Source: Trichosphaerium sp. ATCC 40318 (lineage: Eukaryota > Protista > Tubulinea). Taken from it: a stretch of 64,000 nucleotides of DNA. Location: NCBI GenBank assembly GCA_038496445.1, contig JALMLS010000056.1:1-64000 (forward strand), written 5' to 3'. Position numbers and translations under genes: made by a program. How positions within the stretch are numbered: the stretch's first letter is position 1; each line of letters begins with the position of its first letter. This document shows, piece after piece, positions 47,750 to 60,737 of this stretch. Under the pieces are notes generated by a model. It worked only from the letters and a program-made list of their open reading frames with translations, made no database searches and was not told the DNA's origin.

Positions 47750-50700
47750 ATGAGCGCTCCAAGCTCTGCCGCGTCTACTACAACTAGCGTAATTAGCTCG
47801 TTACTTCTGCCAGGTTTGTCAAAATTTTGGGTTTTAATACTAACGCGAGCTAAGACTCTTCACTGAGGAGTAATGGGTTAAACAAGGACAGTACAGAATT
47901 ATACAGCCAGTACTTTTTTAGAAGGACGTTCAGTACGTCTTAGCGTTCGAAAAGCTTTCTAACACGCAGTGAAAAGGAGTATCGAGCTGGTGCGAGAAAA
48001 TACATGAACACTCCTTCAAGACATCATACGTTAGTCTCCCATACGCTACAGTACGCACATAATAACTGCGTTTGGCGCTGTCTTCCTAAACTAAGGTCAG
48101 GTATGCGCCTTGTTGAAGCCAAAAACCGCACAAGCGCCAGAAATAGAGAGTTTAAAAGTTAGCCTACGAGAAGCGTTAACCAATTTCCCTGACGGAGCGT
48201 TTATTGTGCGTAAATGGGCGAAGATTGCCTCCATTTTATTTTTCGTTTTAATTGCCTTTCAAGAAATTGAGTACACGAGATTACAACGATCCAAGCGGCT
48301 CTGAAGATGCGAGAGCGAGAACGTTAAGCCAAGAATTATCTAAAACACCGTGCGATGAGTATGAAGATCCCTCAGAAATATGGGCTTTTGTACGTTAGCT
48401 GCCAGTAACTACTCGTAATTAATAATGTAAAGGCAAACCTAATTAATGCTGGTTTAAAGATGCACACCACTACTCAGATAATAGAGGTATTTGTTGTTTT
48501 ATTCTCTTTCTATTTATGAATCTTTGTATTTTTTTTTGTTTTTTTGGTACTCTTTGTTGACACTTTTGTTAGGCGTTGTCAAGTGTTTTGTACCGCAAAC
48601 ACCTGATTCAAAGTACACGTGGTGGTGAACAAGAATATGACGGTAGTCTAGTGCTTAGAGAGTGGCGAGGAGATTTATTTGATAACCCGGAACTGGTAAC
48701 CATTTTTTTTTCACTTTTCATTGAACTCCAAAAAGAAGATTTAATTGCCTTGCATCTTTGCGTCTAATAAGTATTAATAATAACTTTTAATAGGCGTTTC
48801 GCGCATTTGTTTCAAACAAAGAACTGACAGCACTCAGTCAATGTTTTTGCCTGGCATATTCGCAATTTTTAGGTAAGCTTCTCTTATTTTCAGCTTAGCT
48901 CCTTTTTTATGTCTATCATTAATTTTCCTACTATTAGTTGATAACAAAGAACGTGTTCAGAATGTAATTATGGATTGCTATAAGAAAATCAAGGATAAAA
49001 TACCACAGACATCATGTGTAATTGATTTTATACTTACAAAGAAAGATTTTTGTACTTATGTCCTCGACTTGCACCCTCTTCATACAGAGATGAATCTCGG
49101 TCTTTTTAGCTGGCATGATGATAAAGAATTAATCCTTAATGGCCCTTTTGAGTTCAGGTACATCCTACGCCAACAGAAGCTTAAATAAAATTAAATTTCA
49201 TTTCTTTTTCATTCTCTGATTTCTAAAGCTGGGCATTCTTTTTAAACTAATTTTTCTAGGATTACAACAAACCAAAAAAAGAAACTGGTACTAGGAGACG
49301 ACTTGGGTGGATTACTAGATGCCCTGTACAAGAAAAGATTCGCTCAAATGCCAAACTTCTCACCAGACGGTGAAGAAGAATCAAGTGAACTACCGGCTTT
49401 GCCTGAACGTAAAGTTTCTCCTAGAGCCAAGAGAATAGCGCCACTAGTGTCTAAAAAAAAGGTAAGCAAAAAGTTTTTTTGGAATTTTTCTGAAGGAAAA
49501 TCAACTTATTTCTATCGTAGCCATGGCTAAGCGCAGATACTATTGGTCCACAAAAAAATACATCTATTCCATTACTGAACCCAGAGAAAAAAGAGTCTTC
49601 TAGATCTTCACTCTCCCCTAATGCACCTGGATCATTTAGAACACACACAAAATCAAGATCTGAATCAGTAAGACTACAGTCAAACTCATCTAAAAAACTG
49701 TCGTCAAAAGTAGTATCAATGTCTTCTCTTGCACATCGCGAGGGTAGATCTCTGCCAAGAAACCGCAAGTTTAATGACGGAACAGATAACCACAAGACAA
49801 CTCGAATCTCTCCACTTGCTCAAGCTGGCCGATGGAAGCATGGCCCAAGGAAAAGCCCTTCAGGCGTCAACGGTCTTCTAAAGGCTAACTCACATAGCAT
49901 TAATAGCCCACCTACGCAAATGACTCGACCCACACAACCGCCACCAAAGTCACCACCAACTCCTCGAGCACAAACGAGAAATGGACAACCTGTCATTGCT
50001 CCACCCAGCATTTCCATGCCTAAATCAAAACCACCTCCAGTACCAAATGCTAAGTATTGGAATGCGCCAAGCACATCTCCTACTGATAGTAAATTTGTGT
50101 TGCCACCAAACTTGGCAAGACCAACCAAAGATAAATCCCCAGGACCACCAAAGAGGAAAGTACCCGTTTGTCCAATTGAAGATGCCTCACAAGCATCTCA
50201 ACCAAAACCTGACAGGATACCACCAATACTACCTTCATTGGGAAGTTCACCGAGTGTAACACAGCCTGCAAAGAAGCCAGGTTTAGGTATTCCACGTGGA
50301 CTAGGCAATCCCCCTGACTTGGGAAATACACCTGCGTTAGGTACTCCGCCTGGAATGGGTACACCCCCAACAATAAGGGCGCGTCCATCTGGGGAAGAAG
50401 GTTGGCCTGGGTTAAGTAATCCACCTGGAATGGGTACACCCCCAACAATAAAGGCGCGGCCACCTGGCATAGGTCGTCCACCACCGGTTCCAGGAAGCCG
50501 TTTGCAGTCTATGGAAACGCATATAGCAAACTCATCAGACGGTCCATCAAGTAGATGTCCACCAGCTTTATTTGATAGCGACACAGAAGAATCATCAGCA
50601 CGCCGTATTGCACCTAACAAGAACAAACTTCGTTCATTGGTTCCTACATCACTGGGTGACACACCATCGTATGCATTACTTGTACTTTTAAGTTTATTAT

Positions 50701-53276
50701 ACTCACTCACGTTTAGCACCCCTTCGATAATTACCACCGCACCAGAGCAGTCAACTCAGGTATCTAAGGCAAGCAGCACAGACAGCACCTCACTGGCGCA
50801 ACCGCTTTCAGTAAAACAACCGAATGCTGTCCATAGGCTTTCTATTGTTATACAACAGCCTCCTGAGCGTCAAACAACTCACATACGGAAAACCAGCACG
50901 CCAGTAAGACCACCTCCTACACTTGCAGCAAACGCCAAAAAAACAAAAAAGGCTTCTGCCAGACTTGTCAAGTTCTTACTACCTAATGACCAACATCATA
51001 TTCTACGTTGGGAATCACAAAAAACACTACGACAACTATTGGCTCTTGTTTGTAGAGATAGGAATGATTTGCATATTATAGACTATGTACCAAGAACAGT
51101 TGATGGAGTTGAACTCGATATCAATAAAAAACTGGAAGATATTGGTTATTTGAAGGAAATATGCTTTAGACACAAGAGTACGTACAAAGTTTACTCATGT
51201 GACTATGAACCAACGCACGTGATATTAACTAAGTACTCATATTTTTTATTTTAGAGACTCTTATCTTATTACAAGAGCTATTTAAGATCCACTTACCTGA
51301 TAATCAACACCAAACTGTAAAATATGAAGCCAACAAAAAATTACGTGATGTGCTCCAAAAGGTAAGAAAGAAAAACTTTTAGTATTTCATTGTTTATTTA
51401 CCTTCGGATATCCTTCTAAATGTATGTTATTGCTAGATTTGCTCACAGCGTACAGACATCGCTTTTAGTGATTTTCTAGCAAAAGACCTAGCGGGAGCAG
51501 AAATTGATTTAGACTCCACTCTTGGAGACTTGAACACTAAAGAAATCAATTTTAAAGCTCCTGCAAGGAACATGTCATTAGACAGCGGTCCTGGAACAAG
51601 ATCACTGAGAACAGCAGACGTACGTCTCACTAAACAATTAAGTCACGATGTTAAACTGTTACGTAGAAAACTAGACGAAGTTCTTTCAATATACAAGAAT
51701 CTCGTAGTGTAAATGCAGTAGATCAAGAAGCAGCTTCGTGTACGTATACTATTGTGTTAGTCGTTTTTTAACGATTACTTTAAGTGAAGGAACTTGTTGA
51801 GTCTCAAGAGAAGATTTCAATGCAAATGGCAAGAAAACGTCTACATAACCTTTACTCTGCTTGCTCTTCATTCAGCAACTCTCTTAAAGCACTTGTGACT
51901 TATTATTATACACCAATGAAGGCTCATGCCCAAGACAGCGTAAGAACCTTTCACTAGTAGATAGTCACCCTAAAACCTTGCCTAGGCTATAAAGAAAAAG
52001 CTTATTACAATGCCACAATTATCAATAATATTCCAAAGCTTGGAAGAGATGAGTATAATAATGACACAGTTTTGCTCTGCATTATCTCCGAAGTTAATGG
52101 ATTGGCCGCTGTCTTTAGGAGCACTTCTTGATAAGAAGATCGTTCTTGTTCAGTTATATACTGCTTATATTAAAGGTTACAGCCTTGCTAATGATACCCT
52201 GAAGTTAGTTTTACGAAAAAAATCTAAACTCGAAGATCTATTGCGGGTATGTCACTCAATTATTTTTTTGACAGTTTCACCTTTCGTATTTTTTTCCGAA
52301 AAACCAGTGCTTCCTTGCTTCGTTTTTTCTTCTTTTTTTCTAATGACCTTGAATTTAGGCTTGCCAACGTAAATCTGGTTCACGGCGTCAATTACGTGAC
52401 TTTTTATTAATACCTGTTCAAAAGATAACAGCTTTTCCATCCCTCTTTCAGGTATGTTTTTTTGTTATTTGAGATGGACTTTGTTGATAAATTTGAGACT
52501 ATTGTTTTCTTGTATGGAGTTTAATCTTTTCTGTAGGAACTTGATACAGCCTTGGGTACTACCCACTCTGATCATGAGCGTTTACAGCAAGTCACAAAGT
52601 CTTTTGCGTCTATACTTAAAGATGCAATGATTCTTAGAAAGACTGCTGAGTCAGAGAATAAGATGGCCGAAATAGAGTCGACAGTAGTCGGATTACCCAA
52701 GAAAGTCGTTTTTCACGACTTTGTACAAGAAGGGTTTTTGTATATTAGTTGGAAGCGTAAAATAGCGCCAACGTCACCATACTGGATTTATATATTTACA
52801 AATGTGATTATTGTCACTGTAAAGAGTGTAGCACAGTCACCAAAGTTTGAAGAAGCTATATATCTATCTGCAGCTACAGTAATTGACGATGCAGGCGGAG
52901 ACGAGTACGCGAAATTTCGTTTTTATTTGAAGGGATTTTTTCATTTTTCACGTGCTAAGGCCTTACACGTTCCTGTTTTTTTTTTGTCGCTGGTAGTACT
53001 GAAAGAGTGTTTACTTATTTTATTTTTTAGCATCTTTAAGCTTGGTATTGTAAAGAAGGATTCAATGTGTTTGTATACTTGTAAATTGAGTCCTAAGGAC
53101 ATGCGAACAAAGGATCAATGGCTTGATGCTATAAGAGCTGTACGTTAACAAACAACTACCACAAGCACCTTTTTTAAACGATATGATCTCATTTCTATTG
53201 ATTTCTAATAGTACACTTGTAGGCTGTTACTTCTGAGCGAAATGTTGCAGAAAAGAAGAAAAAGAAAAAGCACTAA
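47750..53276 (+). CDS. D123/Cdc123-like ATP-grasp domain, Pro-rich region, two Ras-binding (RBD) domains, RhoGEF (DH) and PH
   Basis: D123-like: GAFIKLSTR, LVLREW, FRAFV..KELTALSQ, VIDF, GLFSW..D...I.NGPFEFR. RBDs: VKFLLPNDQHHILRW...TLRQLL..VC and FKIHLPDNQHQTVKY....LRDVLQKIC. DH: LSIIFQSLEE...LYTAYIKGYSLA...LRDFLLIPVQ...T...HSDHERL. PH ends KDQWLDAIR. Exons link in frame across 49158-49520. Confidence 0.8.
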
Positions 53277-53406
53277 CAAAGTGTCACAAAAAAAAATCCA
53301 AATAAACACATTTGTACATACCACTAGACGTGATTCACGTGTTTTTCAGCTGGTATAGCGAATGTCAAGTAGTTGGAAGTTCTTTTTTCTACTACAAATA
53401 CGCGTC

Positions 53407-53441
53407 ATGAAATGCCTGAAAACTTGCACTTTTTTCAATAT
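53407..53441. repeat. 35-bp dispersed repeat, identical to 59979-60013
   Basis: ATGAAATGCCTGAAAACTTGCACTTTTTTCAATAT occurs at both intergenic positions. Confidence 0.85.
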
Positions 53442-53688
53442 CCTTCTTCAAAGTTGGTGTTTGGTGATAAACTTTGAACTTGTCATTATCTCTAGAATAA
53501 TTAAGTGAATTATGACAGTTCTCTCATGTATTTTGACAGAGAAAGCATGAACTCTGAGGTTACGAACAGGTAACGAAGGTAAACTACACTCACGAGATTA
53601 ACACCATTTAACGCAAAGTCAAAGCAAGTAGCAACAAAATAACGTAAACAGCATCTCAGTGTATTAATATAGCCTAATAGAGTTCAAA

Positions 53689-54707
53689 ATGGAGGATTGG
53701 ATGGATTTTATAACACCTGACACTAATAATACGCCGCTAGACGACGAAGAAGAAAAACAAGATACGGAGCCAATATCTTTAACTCATGAGTGTGGTATTG
53801 TTCTTAAACGTGTATTAACGTCAAAGCGGTTTTACTTATTGTTTATTCCACCACACCTGAACCGAAAAAAGTAAGTAAAAAGACTGTTTGCCAGAAAGCT
53901 CCTCCCAAGATTTATTATTCTTACTTCTATATAGTCCAAAGGGCGTACCACTACTTGTATTCTACCATGGAAAGACAGGGACAGCTAAACATCATGCAAT
54001 GGAGCGTACGACGTGGATAAAAAAAGCAAATTCTTGTGGATTCGTTGTAGCTTTTGGACAAGCCAAAGGAGAGATTTTTGATAAACCTAAGTGGAATGGA
54101 GAGAAATACATGCGTGCTCTCACGTGGTGGGATATTTGTCATCCAGAGGCAGATATTAGATATACAGAAGACATACTTATTGATGTTAAAGACTTTATTA
54201 ATATTGACAAGACAAAAATACATGCAGCTGGATTTAGCAATGGTGGTGTATTTACAATTAATGTTGCTATAATTATGCATGATATTTTTGCATCTGTGTG
54301 CAGGTACGAAAACCCTCAAAAAAGCCGTGTTTGAAAAAAAAAAAAAAGCGATCACATGTGACATGAATACTTGTCAACTTTTCCTCATTTCTTGCTTTCG
54401 GGTATTTTTCTGTTACCCTCTGTAACTTATATATATATTTAGTTTTATGGGTGGTCTTCAATTGAATTACAAGCAAGGGCGTCCACATCCAAGGGATATG
54501 GTTAATCAAGAAATGGCAGTTCTTGTCATTACAGCAACAGAAGATTGCATGTTGGAGTGTTGTAACGCAGCACGTGATGCTTTTACAAAGTACAAAGTAC
54601 CTACTGAGTATATACTCCTTCCTGATACAGGTCACGTGTATGTAAACAAGATGGAGGATACTATATGGGATTTTTTCGAAAGACATCCGAAAAGAGAAAG
54701 AAACTGA
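53689..54707 (+). CDS. LpqC / PHB-depolymerase-like alpha/beta hydrolase (esterase)
   Basis: PLLVFYHG, A...GFVVAF, W...DI.Y...I...IDKTKIHAAGFSNGG nucleophile elbow, then ATED and TGH candidate acid and His; three exons. Confidence 0.8.
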
Positions 54708-54717
54708 ATAAAGACTT

Positions 54718-54732
54718 CCACGTGTCACGTGG
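54718..54732. promoter_or_regulatory. Double E-box palindrome CCACGTG-T-CACGTGG between the esterase stop and the Zn2Cys6 gene start
   Basis: Two CACGTG hexamers (54719, 54726) forming a 15-bp palindrome about 180 bp upstream of the ATG at 54911. Confidence 0.4.
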
Positions 54733-54910
54733 CCTCTGACCACCTCCAGTAGTATTTTCATAGGCCTACATTATACAACCAAAAGTGATGCGTTTTTGTC
54801 AGTTTACGCGTGGCCACCGCCAGAACAGTTTCAGTGATTGACGTTTCGTTCTTTGCCGAAATTAGCTGACTTTTGGTACTTCCCTGTCTAACATTTCTAC
54901 GCACAGTACA

Positions 54911-57542
54911 ATGAGCCAGCGAAAGCGAAAACGGAAACACGAGCCTGTAAAGAACGCATGTGTAAGTTGTAGAGCTAAACATCTTAAATGTAATGGCGAG
55001 GACCCTTGCTCACGTTGTACAAAACTTGGACTGTCGTGTTCGTTTAGAGCGCCAAAGAAACGAGGGCCAGTACGAGGTATTCACAAATCATGCAGAAAAT
55101 TAAACACTACGCGCATGAAGCTACCTTAATATTATAGGAAAGCGCTCTAAGATGATAACAGAGATGACATTAATGAAAGCGGAGCTTGAACAAAAAAAAA
55201 GAGAAGCATCACGATGGAAACAGTTGTACGAGCAATCAGCAGTATCTCAGGTAACGTCTCAACGACTTTAAAAAGCAATCAATGCCCCTTTTTTTATGAT
55301 GTTCGCTTCACTCTTTAACGTTAAAAAAGAGCAATTTGTGGAAGCTGTCAGCAAATCTAGGCCTTACTTCAGCTGTAACAGGGTATATTGATCTATATCA
55401 TAGGTGTTTATACCCTTGGCATGTACGTACAGGCTCATAAAACCACGAATCTTAATTAACTCTAAAGGGTACAACAATAGAAGCTTGGAGTGCTTCTGGT
55501 GTTCTTGATACGCTTAGAAATAATACCAGTTATGTACTTAGTATTGTTTTAAACGAATAAGGTGGGATCTAACTTCTTTTAATAGGTTGGGAAGCAAATC
55601 CGCACATGTTGGAAGTTTTGACTTGTATGGCTTTAGGTGCAAGGCTTGGTGGATTTAAAACACATGCGGATCATTTTATTGTAATGTCTAAGAAGATATT
55701 AAGAAATCTATACGATACACAAAGTGTTAGCACTGCATGTACGTTCGCAATAGTTTTTTGTTGAAGCTTATGTTTGATGTTAACGTGACTTACTTTCTTG
55801 GTTACAGCTGGAGCTTATTTGCTTGGTATGTATATTGCTACATTCGAGAGTGTGCCTAAAGGCTATTTTTATATTGAAATGGCAAAATGTACGTAAGACA
55901 CGATTACTGAAAATGAAAGCACTGTTGTGCTGTTAGGAACTTTTCTTAATTTTTTTTATTTTTCTAGTAATTATACAACAACTGAAGCACAGAAGGATAC
56001 TAGAGGGTGATGATACTAAAAAACTTACTTTGATTGATCGTGGATTCCGTTTACACCATTTTGATACAAACATTTCAAGGTATTCACATTTGCGGCAGCA
56101 CGTGTCTTTGCTAACTCTTTTTGAAGAGGTGAGATGATTGACAATAATGAATCTGTGGTTAATGAGCTTGCTGCTCTTTCACTTAGTAATAAAAAGAGAG
56201 TATTTATATCTCCAGAGATAGTACAAGGACTATGGGCATCAATAACAGCTGCACGAAAAAAACAAAACAAACAAAAGAGTTGCTAACTGTTTTTTCGTCA
56301 GGTTTGGTTCCGAGTATCTCGAGTACCATGGTTCGCTAGTATATGGGGTGAAAACGCTAACATGCCTTCTCTGGTATGTAGTATTGATTTTTGTATAATA
56401 TTGTATCTGATTAATATCTTAGACTGTACCAGAGTACAACCATTGCATTAAAGAAATACAACGTGTTAAAACAATAATCGAAAATGATCTTACAAGAATT
56501 TCACCAATTAACGCAACTTACTTCTCTGTGATGGTTGAATCTGTAGAAACACTAGCAAATCTAGCAGCAGATAACCACGAGTTGGCTTTAAGGGTACGAA
56601 AAGAAAAACGAAGAAAACAAGAAATCCACTTTGTTTGGTTGTTAGAGCGTACTCTAACTGCTTTGTACAACTAAATCACGTGATTATAGGGTGCTTGGAC
56701 ATGCTGGCATAGTTACGTGAACGCAAGCAGCATGAGTTTCTTTCCTGGAAGTCTTTGTACAACATTCAATTGTTGTAGTGTTGCGATACAATGTAAAGAC
56801 GCACAACTCTTTCAAACTGTACAGATACAAAAAAAAACCAAACTGTTTCTAATGTTCTGCTTTACAGACTTTTAGTACTTTACTATCATTATCTTCTACA
56901 TGGAGGCTTGGTAGAATATTCATCAGGTACGAACGGAAGCTGTTTTCCTTACTTTTCTTGAACTGTTCTGTAAACAATCTGCTTTTACTCACATGTTTTT
57001 TTTCCCCTGTAGTGCAGTTTATGATGATGCAAAAGAGAGTGGTTTGGATGTATCAGCGTATACAGAAATTATTGCAGAACTTCGTGCGACACAACCCACG
57101 ACAGTACAAGATATGTGCGCTTATTGTTAATGTTTTCCCGTATTTTCTTGAAAAAGTGCCACCAAAGAGTTCGGTTTTTCGATAGTTTCTGTGAACTCAT
57201 TCAAAACTTAGGCTCTCTGACAATGGACCTACTACAGTCTCAGAACCAGCAACTGTAACTATTGACGTTCCAGAAGCTGTTTCTACACCCTTAATACTCC
57301 CTGAAAACACACCTCAAGAAGGAACAGCATGTGTTGTAAATATTCCTGCTGCAATCCCAAATCCACAAGTTGATGCTATTGTAGCTCAATTTCCTGACCT
57401 TTACGAAATACCGAGCTTAGATACCATATCTCCTGTTAGCGATAATATTTGTGAACTAGAACCCAATTTTGTTACAGCAACAACCGTAGACGACCAAATC
57501 CTCAATTTCTTAGATTTATCTGATTACAACTATGTAAATTAA
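54911..57542 (+). CDS. Zn(II)2Cys6 (GAL4-type) binuclear cluster transcription factor
   Basis: NLS RKRKRK; ACVSCRAKHLKCNGEDPCSRCTKLGLSC followed by PKKRGP and a coiled coil; helical middle region; acidic C-terminus. Confidence 0.9.
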
Positions 57543-58517
57543 CGAAAAACAATCAAACGTGTACATAATAAAAAAAAAGTTTATCGTAAATCTACTGCGT
57601 AATGCCCTTCTGTTATGAATGAATACTCAAATACAGCCAGTATTCACTAATATTCATGAGTAAAAAATTCATTCCTATTTTGCCTGACAGTAGGTCGAAA
57701 AGTTTCTAACGCCCACAAATCCCACACACATTCAACTTTGAAAGCGTTCGTGGGTTGTTAGTAAATAAACCATTTGTAGTTCTCTAAGGCAGACAATCTG
57801 GCAATACTACGCACACAGAGTGCTGCCGGTACGTTTCTATGGCGTTTTACGAGCACATAAGACAATTCTAGTTCTATGAGGCAAACGATCTGGTAATACG
57901 TAGTTCTACGCAGGGAAAGTGATGCCGTTGAGTTTCTGTGGTGTTTTAGGAGCACGTGACAAATATCGTTGTTTTGCATCAAAAGTTGTGTGACCGGTTT
58001 ATAAACAGTTAGCGCACAACCGTTTTGTGCTAGAAAACTGTTGGATTTGATAATGGCCATGACGCGTATTACATAAGTTAAGTTATCAGCACGGTTTGGG
58101 GTTTGTTGCATTACTTCTGTGTACTTTTCTAAAAATAATGTGGTTAGCCAATAGAAGCGATGGCAATAGAACGCTTGATTGTTCCTTGCCAATACCATTC
58201 GAACAATCTCTGATTTGATCGAAAAACCGGTTCGAAATATTATTTTCGAACGAGTTAAAATATGACGTTTGTTGGTTCGGCCACCAAAATAGCATTAAAA
58301 CCTTCCATAAAAACTTAAATTGGCGGTAACCATTTTTTGTTTAACTCTTTGAAATGGTATGCGAGACTACGTTGATGGGAACGCAAACACACCGGTCCGC
58401 TTTTTTTAACGAAATTGCATTATCAATGGTACCATTTACTGAAATTAGTAAGAAATTACTGGTATAATTTTATGTACCACACAACAACAGCAGCAACACC
58501 CACAAAAATTATTACAA

Positions 58518-59169
58518 ATGGACGCCAGACATAATTACATGACAGTTCGTAGAGTTTGCAGGCCGCGCAATCCACAATCTCGAAATCTTCAAAACGCTCT
58601 TCCTGTACCTCAAACCCTCTGCAATGAATGGAGTTCCATACATTGTAATGCAGTCATTGCATACCAACCACAAGGAAACCTAAAAGAAGCGAGGAACAGT
58701 CTTCTAGAGCTCTCTCAAGCAAATTCAATGCTGAATTCAGAAAATATCACGCTTCGGAACTCAAAAAACAAATTAGCGGAAACCTTACATAGACTTGAGC
58801 GACAGTTGAAGAGAGTAAACAGGAAAAAACCAGAAAGGACAATAGCATCTAAAGTGAAACTCATCAAGCAGTTACAAACCAATGACGTTGATAAACTATT
58901 GAAAGAGTTGAAAGGCTATACAAAACAACTTAAGGAAGAAAAGGTTCGAATGATTTTTTTCACGATCAATAATGCTAATGTTTGAATAGTTAAAGAGACA
59001 GCTTAACGGTAATTCAGAATGTCTAGTTTGTTTTGAGCAAATCAGTCAACGTATAGCATATCCTTGTGGTCACACAAGAGTATGTTCAAAATGCACAGAG
59101 AATTTAGATAAATGCCCTCTATGCCGAGAAAAGATAAATAAAAGGCTTATACGTCGCGTATACATGTAG
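58518..59169 (+). CDS. Coiled-coil plus C3HC4 RING E3 ligase
   Basis: Exon 2 encodes CLVCFEQISQRIAYPCGHTRVCSKCTENLDKCPLCR; exon 1 is a heptad coiled coil. Confidence 0.85.
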
Positions 59170-59599
59170 AACCAAACCAATAAAAACAAAATTGTATACT
59201 ACATTTTCATGTTTACTACTTTGTTGCAGGAGACTCAGGTTTAATTGTCCCTGGAAACTACTCTATACCATGGTATCATTTAATTGGACATAAGAAACTG
59301 ATAAATGGGTGCACTATGTTCCAATACCTACAAGTATGTAACACTTCAGTTGGAGAGTTATGAGTCAATGAATGCGCTGGTGTAGACAACATTTTCCTTG
59401 CCAAATCTTCCTTCAGAAAATAGGATCTAGATAAGTTTGTGTTTATCAACAATAACAATACTGTGCCAGAAAACTCATGAATAGATTTGCTTGGAACACA
59501 GTAGGTAGATTGTAGCTTAGGATGGATATTGATTATGTGGTAGCACCATCTACTTAAATGTTTCCGCCTCTACGACCTTTACTAGGGAAAGAAACGGTT

Positions 59600-59877
59600 C
59601 CTAATTTCGGTATTTCAGTTTTTGAGGAGAAGCCGAAAGAATTTAGGGTTTTTCGGCTTGAGTAATTTTGATATAACGCAATTCAGCTAATTTCGTTCGT
59701 CAGTTTTTATGGAAAAGTCGAATGACTTTAGTTTTTTCGGCTTGAGTAATATTGTATTGTATTAACCACTACGCTATACAAAACGTATTAACACACTCAC
59801 TCTGGAGTATGGTGGAACCTTATACGACATATTGTATTATGTATGTTTAGTACAATACTACTCAAGCCGAAAAAACT
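59600..59877. repeat. Two ~85-bp degenerate direct repeats plus a 27-bp inverted repeat (MITE-like or hairpin)
   Basis: TTTTCGGCTTGAGTAAT occurs twice in direct orientation; 59730-59756 and 59851-59877 are 26/27 reverse-complementary. Confidence 0.75.
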
Positions 59878-60737
59878 GAACAACTGGATTTACGTTGAGT
59901 CATTTCGTATAAATCTCGCAATGTCACTAATTTTTAGCAAGAAAAATAGTCCAGCACTGTTTTTTATGCAAAATTACGATGAAATGCCTGAAAACTTGCA
60001 CTTTTTTCAATATTCGGTTACCGGTCTTTTTTACTGTAAAGACAACTCCACAAAATTTTCAAGTAGTTTTGAGCGACAACCGGTAAAAGTATGTATCAAG
60101 TATTAAGCGCGGGTCCTTTTCGGCACTTTTCCAAGTGAAAAAACGTGATCGAACCGATTACCTTTTTTTAGCCTTTAGCTTTCCACGCTCTGTTTTTTTA
60201 CGCCATACAGTGTTAAAACGCTGGATGATGTTTGGGCCCTTTAGACGTTGTTTTGGCTCTAAATGCGATCGTAACGGCTTTTGTTGACTAAAACACCACA
60301 ATTTTCCTTCACTCTGCAAAACACAAGTCACCTATAGTGCGTCGCCAACAAAACACACGTATTTCTTTTCTCTACCTACATACTGCACTGGTCAACCTTT
60401 GTAAACAAGACACAAAGTAAGTAGTACTTACGTCAAGAACGCCAACAAGACCGGAAATAAGCTTGGTAGCGTTTAATTTCTTGCAATTGTAGAAAAATAT
60501 TAAAAATGCTGGAGGTATTTTTCAGACTCAAAACGCAGGGCGAGTTTTTTAAAAGTTGGCGCGTATTTCGCTAGATATTTCTTTTAACTCGTAAATCGAA
60601 AAAAAGCAATGAGTAGTCTTTTGAGATAATACAATTTTTACTTTTATACAGGTTTTAACTATTTTTACACTTTTTTTTCTTGTTTTTGTATGGTTGTTTA
60701 CCATTGTTGTTGGCGTTTTGGCGGTCCATTGTTGCGC

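Noticed and set aside
49820-50737. Overlapping minus-strand Gly-rich ORFs
   Set aside because: Antisense of the Pro-rich linker of the RhoGEF gene.
58228-58250. GGTTCGAA tRNA T-loop-like motif
   Set aside because: No cloverleaf or D-arm; it is part of a short AT-rich palindrome.
57758-58295. 146-aa and 69-aa minus-strand ORFs
   Set aside because: No recognisable motif or supporting splice structure, and the 146-aa ORF has a non-ATG start; treated as intergenic.
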